Shown here in pieces: positions 26,685-35,202 of a DNA stretch of 64,000 nt; the stretch's first letter is position 1, and each line of letters starts with the position of its first letter. Origin of the DNA: a virus. Location of the stretch: IMG/VR virus record IMGVR_UViG_3300011008_000022; one strand, written 5' to 3'. The translations under genes were made by a program, and so were the position numbers. The notes under the pieces are model-generated. The model made no database searches. It saw only the letters and a program-made list of their open reading frames with translations, and was not told the DNA's origin.

Positions 26685-28153
26685 TGGCAAAGAAAACTGA
26701 TAAGATGCAGCAGCTCATCAAGTCTGACAATAGCATCATCCGCGAACTCCGCGACCAGAAGTGGATCTACAATCCAAAAGTCTATGCTCAGGTGGCAGGC
26801 GACTTCTCCCTCATGCACCAGCGCGTCCTCATGGGTGTACTCGAAAAGTTGCAGGACCGCATCGCCTATTCTGCTTCCGAACATCAAAAGAACCAGCAAC
26901 TCTGGCTGCCGCTTTTCGCACCAGAGGAAATGAATACCTCCGTTGACTTCGAGATCGAGGCTCGTGACCTGGGTGTCACTCCTGGCCACTATCCCGAACT
27001 GGCTCAGGCACTCGGCGACCTCGTAAGCATGAAGATAGGCTATCCGAAGAAAAAGGGCAATAAGACCGTCTATGTCTTCGCCTCGCTCTTCTCTCGCATT
27101 GAAATGCCTACCTCCGATAATGGCTGGCGCACCGGCAAAATCCGTGTCAAGATGGATAAGGAGAATGTCAACGACTTCCTCTCTATGGATCGTGGTTATA
27201 CCGACCATATCGCCCGCATAGCCCAGTTCTCAAAGAAACAGCGCACACCGCGCATCTATATCTATCTCTCCACCTTCAAGTACAAAGGACGTAACGAGGT
27301 GGAGTACCCCGAACTCTGCGAATTTCTCGGCATCGACGATGCTACCTACGTCGCTACTCATAAGGCCGAGAAACCCGATGTCAAACCTACCGACAATCCC
27401 TTCCACAAGTTCTCAAAGGTCAAGAAACTCATCCTCGACCCCTCTAAGGCCGAAATGGATGCTTTCTCTGCTGACCGCAAAATCGACTTCTCTTTCACCT
27501 ACGAACCGCTCTATAAGGATGGACGCAAAAAGGGCAATCCTACCCATATCGAGTTTGTCATTGTCCCTGGTGCCCTCGGCATCGAACGCGAACAGGAACG
27601 CAAGCGCCACAACCAGATACAGGCGCTCATCAATGCCCTCACCCGTCAGTGGTCCGACCTCCATGCCTACGACCTCCTCGAAGTCGCTAAGGATGTTGCT
27701 GATGATTGGCTCGACGACTTCTGCAACTATGCCTATGATGATGTGCGCCGCCAGGTGGAGAAAACACAGCCCGACCATGTAGCCGAATACGTCCTCACCC
27801 TCCTGCAGACGTGGGTCAAGAATAAGACCAACGAGGCTCGCCGTTTGGAGGTAGAGCGCAAACGTCAGTACGACATCTTCGTCCAGCAGCAGGCAGAAAG
27901 CCGGTGGCGTTCGCTGATGCAGGAACTCGGCGCACAGACCCCTCTCCGTGCCCGTCAGATCAACATCGAGCGCTATGACGAAGAAACTCACACCCTCACC
28001 ATCGCCCTCGCCGGCAAGGATATCTACGACCAGATAGAACCTATCACCGACGACCAGGGCAACACCATCACCAAAGGCATCTATCAGGATATCTGGTTTT
28101 CTCTTGTGCGCAAATACTTTCCCCGCTCCATAGTCCAGTACCGCATGTCCTGA
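26684..28153 (+). CDS. replication initiator protein (Rep_3/RepB-like, iteron-binding)
   Basis: 489 aa. Preceded by an AT-rich stretch and six direct GGGGT-N7-CGTAAC iterons. The internal pattern RIAQFSKKQRTPRIYIYLSTFKYKG..VEYPELCEFLGI matches initiator-protein winged-helix repeats by eye. Confidence 0.6.
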   Translation: MAKKTDKMQQLIKSDNSIIRELRDQKWIYNPKVYAQVAGDFSLMHQRVLMGVLEKLQDRIAYSASEHQKNQQLWLPLFAPEEMNTSVDFEIEARDLGVTPGHYPELAQALGDLVSMKIGYPKKKGNKTVYVFASLFSRIEMPTSDNGWRTGKIRVKMDKENVNDFLSMDRGYTDHIARIAQFSKKQRTPRIYIYLSTFKYKGRNEVEYPELCEFLGIDDATYVATHKAEKPDVKPTDNPFHKFSKVKKLILDPSKAEMDAFSADRKIDFSFTYEPLYKDGRKKGNPTHIEFVIVPGALGIEREQERKRHNQIQALINALTRQWSDLHAYDLLEVAKDVADDWLDDFCNYAYDDVRRQVEKTQPDHVAEYVLTLLQTWVKNKTNEARRLEVERKRQYDIFVQQQAESRWRSLMQELGAQTPLRARQINIERYDEETHTLTIALAGKDIYDQIEPITDDQGNTITKGIYQDIWFSLVRKYFPRSIVQYRMS

Positions 28154-28154
28154 A

Positions 28155-28172
28155 GTTACGCTTTTTTACCCC
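28155..28172 (+). repeat. inverted iteron copy just after the rep stop
   Basis: GTTACGCTTTTTTACCCC, identical to 26241-26258. Confidence 0.7.
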
Positions 28173-28180
28173 TAACCGTT

Positions 28181-28200
28181 CCCAGCCTTTCTCGGCTGGG
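28181..28200 (+). terminator. family-A hairpin
   Basis: CCCAGCCtttctcGGCTGGG ctttttt, after the rep stop. Confidence 0.6.
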
Positions 28201-28233
28201 CTTTTTTGTCCCTTTCCTCTCGCTGGTTCTTCA

Positions 28234-28241
28234 TATCTTTG
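28234..28241 (+). promoter_or_regulatory. -7 box TATCTTTG within a 9-bp inverted repeat
   Basis: ATATCTTTG (28233-28241) pairs with CAAAGATAT (28253-28261). Upstream of 28268. Confidence 0.45.
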
Positions 28242-28267
28242 CCATTGTAATCAAAGATATTATAGCC

Positions 28268-28885
28268 ATGCAGAAAAAATCACTTATTCCCCGTTCCGTG
28301 TGCTGCTATCTCGTAGCAGCCTTATGTGCTTTCTCTGTGCTCTCTTGCACCACGTCTCGTACCGCCACCTCCACTGTCACCCATAGTGAGGGCGATAGCC
28401 TCCGTGCGCTCTCAGCTCAGTATGCTGCCGTCTCACAGCAGCTGTCTCGTTACGACTCCCTCTTTGCCCAGATGCAGGCTCGCATCACTGCCCAGCAGTC
28501 CACACAAGAGCAAAGCACTGAGCGTATCCAGGAGTCCGTCACCACCTATCTCGACTCCCTGGGGCGTGAGGTACGTCAGGAAAACCGCACCATCGACCGC
28601 AACCTCTCTCGTCAGACAGAACTACGCTACGAGCAACAGATCTCCTCACTCCAACAGCAGCTGTCACAGGAAACGGCTCGTACCGACTCCCTCTCAGAAG
28701 CCCTCTACATGCTCCAACAGGTCAACTGGCTCGACTCCCTCAATCAGCAATCATATAAAGAACCAGCGCCCTCCCGCATTCAGTCGTGGTGGGATGGCTT
28801 AGTCCTCCATCTGGGCTATATCGCCCTCTTTGGCATCCTCGGTGTCCTCATCTTCCTCGTCGCCCGCTACTTCCTATGCAAATAA
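28268..28885 (+). CDS. lipoprotein with coiled-coil and C-terminal transmembrane helix
   Basis: Lipobox VLSC after a signal peptide, Q-rich coiled coil, and C-terminal TM (LGYIALFGILGVLIFLVARYF). 205 aa. Confidence 0.6.
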   Translation: MQKKSLIPRSVCCYLVAALCAFSVLSCTTSRTATSTVTHSEGDSLRALSAQYAAVSQQLSRYDSLFAQMQARITAQQSTQEQSTERIQESVTTYLDSLGREVRQENRTIDRNLSRQTELRYEQQISSLQQQLSQETARTDSLSEALYMLQQVNWLDSLNQQSYKEPAPSRIQSWWDGLVLHLGYIALFGILGVLIFLVARYFLCK

Positions 28886-28890
28886 CAGAA

Positions 28891-28952
28891 GCCCAGCCGT
28901 TCTCGGCTGGGCCTCTCGTTAGTTTCGTCCATTGTCCGGCGATTCCATCGCC
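28891..28952 (+). terminator. family-A hairpin, then family-C hairpin between convergent genes
   Basis: GCCCAGCCGttctCGGCTGGGC ... gtttcgtccattgtcc GGCGATtccATCGCC. Confidence 0.65.
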
Positions 28953-28955
28953 GTC

Positions 28956-29570
28956 TTATTTCCTTTTCAGCATTTCCGCCAGCCGTGCCTGTTGCTCTTT
29001 CGTCACAACCATTTCCGCTGCCTGCTGCTTCATGTACTCCTGCATCTGCTTCGTCGTGCGTTCCTCCCATGCCTTGTGCAACTTCTTAAAGTGGCAGAAA
29101 GCCTTATTGACCCACTTCGTGCGCTTATAGCCATGCTTCATGCCCAGATAGCTGCTCATGGTAATCTTCACGTCGTTGGCACCCAGTTCCACCTTTGGCT
29201 CCATGTCGCGGATAGTCATCTTCCTATATGCCTTCTTCAACTTCCTTGGCAACCGCTCCTTTTTAAAGAACATTCTCTTAATCCTCTTCTTATCCGCTTT
29301 ACTGAAGTAGTGCTTCACATTAACGCTTATGCTAAAAGGCTCCTTGGGCACCTCCACTTTCGGCGCTACCATTTCCGGCTCAATAAAGACAGAAGGAGTC
29401 ACCTTGACGTTATGCTGCTCTATCACGTTCGACATCGGCACCGGCTGCCCAGGCACAATAGGGTGGTCTATTGACGGCTTAATCAGATACACCTTTGTCG
29501 TATCAAATGCCGGCATTCCCGCTAAATCATACGTCAGCATACCAGGCTTTAAGTTCTTCAAATCATCCAT
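28956..29570 (-). CDS. hypothetical protein
   Basis: 204-aa ORF. Last gene of the minus-strand operon. Confidence 0.6.
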   Translation of the reverse strand: MDDLKNLKPGMLTYDLAGMPAFDTTKVYLIKPSIDHPIVPGQPVPMSNVIEQHNVKVTPSVFIEPEMVAPKVEVPKEPFSISVNVKHYFSKADKKRIKRMFFKKERLPRKLKKAYRKMTIRDMEPKVELGANDVKITMSSYLGMKHGYKRTKWVNKAFCHFKKLHKAWEERTTKQMQEYMKQQAAEMVVTKEQQARLAEMLKRK

Positions 29571-29585
29571 TGCTTTTCCTATGTT

Positions 29586-30212
29586 TTATTCAAGTGATTT
29601 CCATTGCGCTTGCGTCACATCTTTATCCTCTGCAGCGTCAAGTATCTCCTCTATGGATTTCTCGCCAACCACACCCACATAGATGCCAGCGGTAATGGTG
29701 CCGGTATCATCATCCAGATTGTCGTATCTCAGTTCTATCAACTCCGTTTTTTCAAGAGTCTCTAAAAGTTTCTGACGTGCCTCCAGTTCAAGATGGTATT
29801 TCCTACGGCTCGTTTCCATTTCGTTATAGCCTTTTAGAAACGATGCCTTGTATCTATAAGTATGCTCAATGCGCTCCATGCGCACATTATGGGCCACCAT
29901 GAGCACTTTGTCATAGGAAAACGGGTCGTTAATCTGACGCATGTGTTTCAGCAGGTCGTTATTCTTCTCTGTCAGTTTTGCGTTCTGCTCCACCAGGACC
30001 TTGCTACCCTCACGCATCACCTCCATTTGCTCCTTCATCACTTCATTCTGTTTCCTGAATAGGATGTTAGAGGTTATCACCAGCATATACAGCAGATCGA
30101 GCACTCCATGAAAAGTGTCCCCCTTCATAAAGAAGTAAAAGGAGAAAAGTATTAGACCACACATCAGCAGCCCGTTAAATGCCCAAAAGCAAATTGTCTT
30201 CAATGTCTTCAT
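29586..30212 (-). CDS. membrane protein (2 TM) with coiled-coil
   Basis: 208 aa. N-terminal helices ICFWAFNGLLMCGLILFSFYFF and VLDLLYMLVITSNILF. Confidence 0.6.
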   Translation of the reverse strand: MKTLKTICFWAFNGLLMCGLILFSFYFFMKGDTFHGVLDLLYMLVITSNILFRKQNEVMKEQMEVMREGSKVLVEQNAKLTEKNNDLLKHMRQINDPFSYDKVLMVAHNVRMERIEHTYRYKASFLKGYNEMETSRRKYHLELEARQKLLETLEKTELIELRYDNLDDDTGTITAGIYVGVVGEKSIEEILDAAEDKDVTQAQWKSLE

Positions 30213-30216
30213 GTCT

Positions 30217-30714
30217 TTATAGCTTTTTGTTCATACTAACTGTAAATCCCTGCTGTCCTTCAGGGTTCTCATCGTATATCTCAAATCCCAACTTTCTATA
30301 CCAGGGAATGAGGAAAGTCCCTTTGCGGGCACTCAGGTATATCTGTTCCAGCCCCTGCTCTCTCGCCACTCTCTCAACGCGCTTCATTAGCTGGGTACCA
30401 ACACCCTTCTGTCGCTCTTCCTCCAACACCTGTAACGATGTAATGGCACCGGCATCTGTGCGCTCGTTTTCGATAGACAGCATCACCATTCCTCGGCCAC
30501 CATCGACGATGATAGTAAACGATTTACCCCACCACCACAGGTTTTCGTGGATAATCTCTTTACACTGCCTTCTTTCCCATACAGAACCATGATGAAAAAA
30601 CTGCTGTGCCACACGCTTCTCTTCAGGAGAAAAGCGACTACGATATTGCTCTTCCTCTACGATGGCCTCTTGCACAGCCTGTTTCAGTTTCATTAGCTTT
30701 TTGAAATCTACCAT
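30217..30714 (-). CDS. GNAT-family N-acetyltransferase
   Basis: Motif A: LQVLEEERQKGVGTQLMKRVERVAREQG. 165 aa. Confidence 0.7.
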   Translation of the reverse strand: MVDFKKLMKLKQAVQEAIVEEEQYRSRFSPEEKRVAQQFFHHGSVWERRQCKEIIHENLWWWGKSFTIIVDGGRGMVMLSIENERTDAGAITSLQVLEEERQKGVGTQLMKRVERVAREQGLEQIYLSARKGTFLIPWYRKLGFEIYDENPEGQQGFTVSMNKKL

Positions 30715-30717
30715 AAC

Positions 30718-31083
30718 TCAATCTTTTTTTATCAGTTCGTGTGCATCATAACCGCACCAGGTATTGATACCGCTGACAGCCTGCATCAGCTCGTGCCAAT
30801 GAGAATACGCCCCCTCTATCCACAGCATCTTTCCGCTGGTATAGATGTATATCTTTTGAATGTTTTTATAGTGGATGCGAAGTCTGTCAACGATGGATAT
30901 CAATTCCTCTCTCAGCAGATAGAACGGGTCGCCACCAGTGAGGCATACCGTATGAGCTTGTTTCAGGTCCTCTACTGTTATCACAGGCAGTTTGTCTATG
31001 TCATAGAGTCTGTTGCAACATAGCGGGCAGTTGTGGCCGCATTTGTGCGTGATGTAAAGATGATATATCTGTTCCATAATCAT
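30718..31083 (-). CDS. NrdG-like radical-SAM activase (short, 121 aa)
   Basis: CX3CX2C cluster (KCGHNCPLCCN) plus LTGGDPFYLL..IYIYTSG. This aligns by eye with T4 NrdG (GCVHECPGCYN ... LSGGDPL ... VWTGY). No NrdD is present in the window. Confidence 0.55.
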   Translation of the reverse strand: MIMEQIYHLYITHKCGHNCPLCCNRLYDIDKLPVITVEDLKQAHTVCLTGGDPFYLLREELISIVDRLRIHYKNIQKIYIYTSGKMLWIEGAYSHWHELMQAVSGINTWCGYDAHELIKKD

Positions 31084-31097
31084 ATAATTAAAATGAT

Positions 31098-31490
31098 TTA
31101 TTTAACTTCAGTAAATATGGTATGACGTTCCACGAAATATGCCTCACACCTAATCAATTTACCCTTTTTATCCCGCTCGTGGTTACGGTATCTTATATCC
31201 GTGCCGTCGAGGAACAGCTGACAGTTACGCTTCGACGACATAAACAGTCGCCATTCCGCTTCCAGATACACCCACTCTTCACCCTTGGGCTTAGAGTCAG
31301 TCATCAGTCGCTCCATCAACTTCTGCCCCATGTCACGGGCACCCTGGTAGTAGGAGGCATACATGGCCAGTCGTTGCACACTGATTTTTACCTCGTGCTC
31401 AACGGCAAACAGCTTCGCCCGTTCATCCTGCCGACGCTCTAAAATCTGCCTCGCCTGCTCAATGATTTTGTCCTCTTGCTTCGTATTCAT
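31098..31490 (-). CDS. hypothetical protein
   Basis: 130-aa ORF. A G-free TTCAT leader lies upstream in minus-strand orientation (31491-31512). Confidence 0.6.
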   Translation of the reverse strand: MNTKQEDKIIEQARQILERRQDERAKLFAVEHEVKISVQRLAMYASYYQGARDMGQKLMERLMTDSKPKGEEWVYLEAEWRLFMSSKRNCQLFLDGTDIRYRNHERDKKGKLIRCEAYFVERHTIFTEVK

Positions 31491-31512
31491 AAATTTATGA
31501 ATTGATGATTTG

Positions 31513-32349
31513 TTAGAAAAATAAGTCTATCATTTTCTGGCTCATGTAGTAGGGAGGCTTATGCTTGTGCGCCTTGTTATATTCACGAGCCTTTGCTATA
31601 TGCTCCTTAGTATGTTCGCTATCCACAATCCAGAAGTCATCATGCGACTTCCATGCGATAGAGTATTCAATGTTTCCATCTTTATCCAGGACATAGACGG
31701 AAATATCTCTGTAAGTGCGACATTCACGCCCAGTAATATGACCATAGAGCGTAGCATAGTCACCTTCCACGATACACGTTTGCCCAGTCTCTTTGTGACG
31801 TATCAGATAACCAGGCATAAAGCGCACGAAGTTCGCATTATACTCCAGCATCTTATTGATGGCCGGAATAAAGTATTGCTCCCATTGCTCATCGGTATAT
31901 ACATGCTTCTCTATATACAGTCGTGCATCATCCAACATCTGCTCAGAACTCTTGATGTCGTTGCCGTCGTGAGTCATTTCGTAAGTAAGATATTCCACCT
32001 CGTCGCCACCCATGGCCATGCGGTTCTGCATCGCACAGATGTTTCCGTGCCACAACTCCATTGTGCGCTCAAACATTTCCACCGTCTCAGGATTGATTGG
32101 TCTCGCTTTCAACTGTTCAAGTGTTATGGTGTTCTTTTCCTGGGATTTCTCCTTTTTCTTCTCCATCAGTTCCTGTGCTAAACCGATGATATAATTACAC
32201 GTCCCCGTCAGCTCTTCTAAATTCTCAAAATGGAATTTAATACTGTTAGGCTCTCGCATGTTGATGCACTTCAACTCCATAAAGAAGCTGTCACCAGTCG
32301 CTTCACTCACGGTGCAACAAATCTCCGCTCTTTTAAATACCTTTTCCAT
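31513..32349 (-). CDS. hypothetical protein
   Basis: 278-aa ORF, AT-rich codons. Confidence 0.65.
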   Translation of the reverse strand: MEKVFKRAEICCTVSEATGDSFFMELKCINMREPNSIKFHFENLEELTGTCNYIIGLAQELMEKKKEKSQEKNTITLEQLKARPINPETVEMFERTMELWHGNICAMQNRMAMGGDEVEYLTYEMTHDGNDIKSSEQMLDDARLYIEKHVYTDEQWEQYFIPAINKMLEYNANFVRFMPGYLIRHKETGQTCIVEGDYATLYGHITGRECRTYRDISVYVLDKDGNIEYSIAWKSHDDFWIVDSEHTKEHIAKAREYNKAHKHKPPYYMSQKMIDLFF

Positions 32350-32634
32350 CTATTTATATCTAAAACTTTTACTGATTCTAAATTTGTTGTCAGCAGCTTT
32401 TCTTCCGAAAAATATGGCAAACCTGAATTGAATGCAGAGGAATGAAAGTTCTGTGGCAATATACCATCGTCTGCCCCATCCTTTATAATATTTCATGTAA
32501 GGAAATTGCACGATTAAAGAGGGGATGAGGTGCAAGTAGGCTCCATTGATTCCGTAACCAATGGAGAAACCAAATTGTAGCAATATTATTTTGAGTCTGA
32601 TATTTAACTCTTGTCTGTATTCTGGTATCTTCAT
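32350..32634 (-). CDS. small membrane protein
   Basis: 94 aa, hydrophobic. Abuts its neighbours (overlap 32631-32634). Confidence 0.5.
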   Translation of the reverse strand: MKIPEYRQELNIRLKIILLQFGFSIGYGINGAYLHLIPSLIVQFPYMKYYKGWGRRWYIATELSFLCIQFRFAIFFGRKAADNKFRISKSFRYK

Positions 32635-32981
32635 TTCTCTTCAAATAAATTATTCAACTTCCACTCAAAATCTTTATCACTCTTAATCACATGGTCAAAG
32701 GGCGTTTCTATCTTTTCGATGATGGCGATGTATATCAGACATGCCAAAACGTTAAACCCGTAGTCAGCATCTGTATGGTTCCCTGAGTAGTATGCCTGTG
32801 CGCGTATGCGTAACATATACCTCACGAAGTCGCTCTGCTCAGTTACTAATGTAATAGCCGTATGAAGAAAACAGGAGTATTTAGGCTTATACTGATAGTC
32901 CCAAGCCTTGTATATCGCCATTAACTCATCAGGAGTCTTGCGGCTTAATCTGATCAGAGCGAGTATTTCTTCTTTTTTCAT
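32631..32981 (-). CDS. hypothetical protein
   Basis: 116-aa ORF with 4-nt overlaps on both sides. Confidence 0.6.
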   Translation of the reverse strand: MKKEEILALIRLSRKTPDELMAIYKAWDYQYKPKYSCFLHTAITLVTEQSDFVRYMLRIRAQAYYSGNHTDADYGFNVLACLIYIAIIEKIETPFDHVIKSDKDFEWKLNNLFEEK

Positions 32982-33796
32982 CGAGTAGTATATGTCATGT
33001 TATCACTCTTCACACTCACGCTCACCAGTCTCAGCCGATTGTCACCGTCACTCAGGTTCGCATTCAGCCACTCCTGAACACTCTCTTTCAGGAACTCTGC
33101 AGCATCGTTAGCAGGGTAGTGGTCACACCAAGGGTACGTCAGTTCCACCTCTATCTTCATCGTCTTAGGCATCTTCTGGCGGTCCTCTTTCCACAGTTCA
33201 ATGGCTTGCTGCATCAGATCGTCATCGTTCACCTCCTTTTTAGGATTTGCCATTACCAGGCTCTCCCATCTTCTCATATCCTTTGCCCACTCTTTCCGCA
33301 GAGCTTCCGGCACTTCTATCACCCTGTCGTGAATTTGGCCTAAAGTACCTATTGCCGACGGCCCTGCATACGGATTGCCACTGATACCACTGCTCAGATA
33401 GCCAAAACCATGATGGAAGTCCCACATCCTTCCCCAGAACGGGAAAAACGGCTTATCGTTAGGCTTTGCAGGTCGCCACCAGTCCTCTTCCTTAAAGGTG
33501 ATGTCATCGGTAGTCTTTCCCAGCTTCTCAGGATGCTTCTCGAAGTCCTTAAACTTTGTTTTCACGTAGTCTATCTGCTTCTCGATCTCCTCTTTCGATG
33601 GTCCTGTCATGTTGGGCCATATCTTCTTTGTCTGGGCGAAGCTATCCACCGTCAGTTTCTCCACTTTCGGTTTCAGCGTCTCGTATTCCTCCACAGTGAG
33701 ACCCCTGATAGGACCAAAGTCAGACTCCTGGCATAGCAATCTCCATACCAGGCCGTCCACCCACCATAAGTGACAATAAACAAACTCTTCTTTCAT
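32978..33796 (-). CDS. hypothetical protein
   Basis: 272-aa ORF. Confidence 0.65.
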   Translation of the reverse strand: MKEEFVYCHLWWVDGLVWRLLCQESDFGPIRGLTVEEYETLKPKVEKLTVDSFAQTKKIWPNMTGPSKEEIEKQIDYVKTKFKDFEKHPEKLGKTTDDITFKEEDWWRPAKPNDKPFFPFWGRMWDFHHGFGYLSSGISGNPYAGPSAIGTLGQIHDRVIEVPEALRKEWAKDMRRWESLVMANPKKEVNDDDLMQQAIELWKEDRQKMPKTMKIEVELTYPWCDHYPANDAAEFLKESVQEWLNANLSDGDNRLRLVSVSVKSDNMTYTTR

Positions 33797-33822
33797 GTCT
33801 CTTCTATTTTTTTGTTCTGTAT

Positions 33823-33841
33823 GTCGCTATGCCATAGCGAC
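33823..33841 (+). repeat. family-B hairpin in a minus-strand gene block (plus-strand polarity)
   Basis: gttctgtatGTCGCTATGcCATAGCGAC. Confidence 0.65.
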
Positions 33842-33849
33842 TCATTCTT

Positions 33850-34658
33850 TCACTCCTCAAAGTCCAGCGTCATCTGCCTGCCAGCCTCTTTGATGCGTTT
33901 CTCGGCGATGGCGAAATACTTGGGGTCTTTCTCGATGCCTATATATTGCCGCTTCTCAATCACAGCAGCCACACAGGTAGTGCCGCTCCCCATCGTATTG
34001 TCAAGAATTACCCCCCCGAATTGGTATAAGTCCTAATCAGATAGCGAAGCAGATCCACGGGCTTTTGTGTCGGATGGTACACCGTCGTCTCGTGCTCCTT
34101 CTGAATATGGATAATCGACTGAGGGAATTTCTCGTTAGGTCGGGTAGGGGCCACTTTCTTGATCTGCTTATCGTAGTCATACGTCCTGCCCGTCTTGAAC
34201 TGTCCGTAACAGTTGTTAGTCCTCGGATGCTCCAACTTCCCTTGCGAGTGGTTCGGCTCACCAATGCCCATCTGAGGGTTATACACTGGCAGCTGCTTAT
34301 AGAACACACAGATGTCCTCATGGCAGCGCATTGGCATCCTGTTCGCATTCAGGAACCCTGTTCCACGTCCTTTGTCCCATATCAGGTTATATCGCCACAG
34401 TTTCCTGTTACTCTGCATCAGGTCGCTGGTAAACATCCCCTGACCAAACAGAGCAATCACACCTCTCGGCTTGATGATGCGCTCATAGTGCGCCCAAAGA
34501 GGCTCAAAGGGTATCATCCTATCCCATTGCGCATTCGGGTTATCCTTATGTAGCACCTGGTATGGCAAATCACAGATAATCGCATCTATGCTCTTATCTG
34601 CTATCCCTGCCATCAGTTCCAGACAGTCGCCCTGGTATATGTGGTTTGCTTCTAACAT
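33850..34658 (-). pseudogene. beta-class N4/N6 DNA methyltransferase interrupted at a G7 tract (possibly phase-variable)
   Basis: ORF 34008..34658 carries motif IV (IICDLPYQV) and ends ...TYTNSGG* at the C7/G7 run 34011-34017. Hand translation of the next frame gives [53 protein letters not shown] (motif I), with its stop at 33850-33852. One extra G restores the frame. Confidence 0.75.
34011..34017 (+). repeat. C7 homopolymer (G7 in the minus-strand MTase mRNA), flank AATTA
   Basis: gaATTACCCCCCCgaa. It terminates ORF 34008..34658. Confidence 0.9.
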
Positions 34659-34679
34659 ATCTCTATCTTTGTTCTGTCT

Positions 34680-34698
34680 GCAGCTATGTCATAGCGAC
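34680..34698 (+). repeat. degenerate family-B hairpin
   Basis: gttctgtctGCAGCTATGtCATAGCGAC. Confidence 0.5.
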
Positions 34699-34703
34699 TC
34701 CAT

Positions 34704-34880
34704 CTATCCCTTTTTCTGATGTATCTCTTTTTGCATAGCCCTGGCTATTTGCTGGTAGCGCACCTTGTGAATGTCGCTCGTGGTTGAAACCATCTGCAGG
34801 TCCCTCATATATAGCTGTCCTGCCATCGTTGCCAACCTCGCCAGCCGTTTCACCCTCGGCTCATGTATGTTTATACTCAT
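34704..34880 (-). CDS. small hypothetical protein (58 aa)
   Basis: Hand translation: MSINIHEPRVKRLARLATMAGQLYMRDLQMVSTTSDIHKVRYQQIARAMQKEIHQKKG. Lies between hairpins 34680-34698 and 34898-34916. Confidence 0.35.
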   Translation of the reverse strand: MSINIHEPRVKRLARLATMAGQLYMRDLQMVSTTSDIHKVRYQQIARAMQKEIHQKKG

Positions 34881-34897
34881 TCCTTTTCGTTCTGTAT

Positions 34898-34916
34898 GTG
34901 GCTATGTCATAGCCAC
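34898..34916 (+). repeat. family-B variant hairpin
   Basis: gttctgtatGTGGCTATGtCATAGCCAC. Confidence 0.65.
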
Positions 34917-35194
34917 CCGTCAAATTCCAATTCATACTGGAGGAACTTCTCGGCATACCATTTCTTGTAGGCTTTTCCACTGATCCACCAGTCGAAGATG
35001 TTTCCGGCTATTTCCTGCTCTTGCTCATCAGTCAAGCCGTCAGGCGATGAGCAATCTGAAAACCCGCTTTCCAGTGGTTCGGGTCTGGGTGTTGGATGAA
35101 CCCGTAATCGTCGGTCTTTCCCCCAGCGTATCGGCTTCCAGTCTTTTCCAATACCGTACCACAGGGTTTGTTGTGGTAAGCGTTCTTTGCAATA

Positions 35195-35202
35195 CCCCCC
35201 CC
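35195..35202 (+). repeat. C8 homopolymer, flank AATA
   Basis: gcAATACCCCCCCCgaa, inside the PAPS-reductase-like gene. Confidence 0.9.

Noticed and set aside
28233-28261. Bidirectional promoter from the ATATCTTTG...CAAAGATAT inverted repeat
   Set aside because: No minus-strand gene lies upstream for it to serve. It is more likely an operator or hairpin overlapping the single plus-strand promoter.
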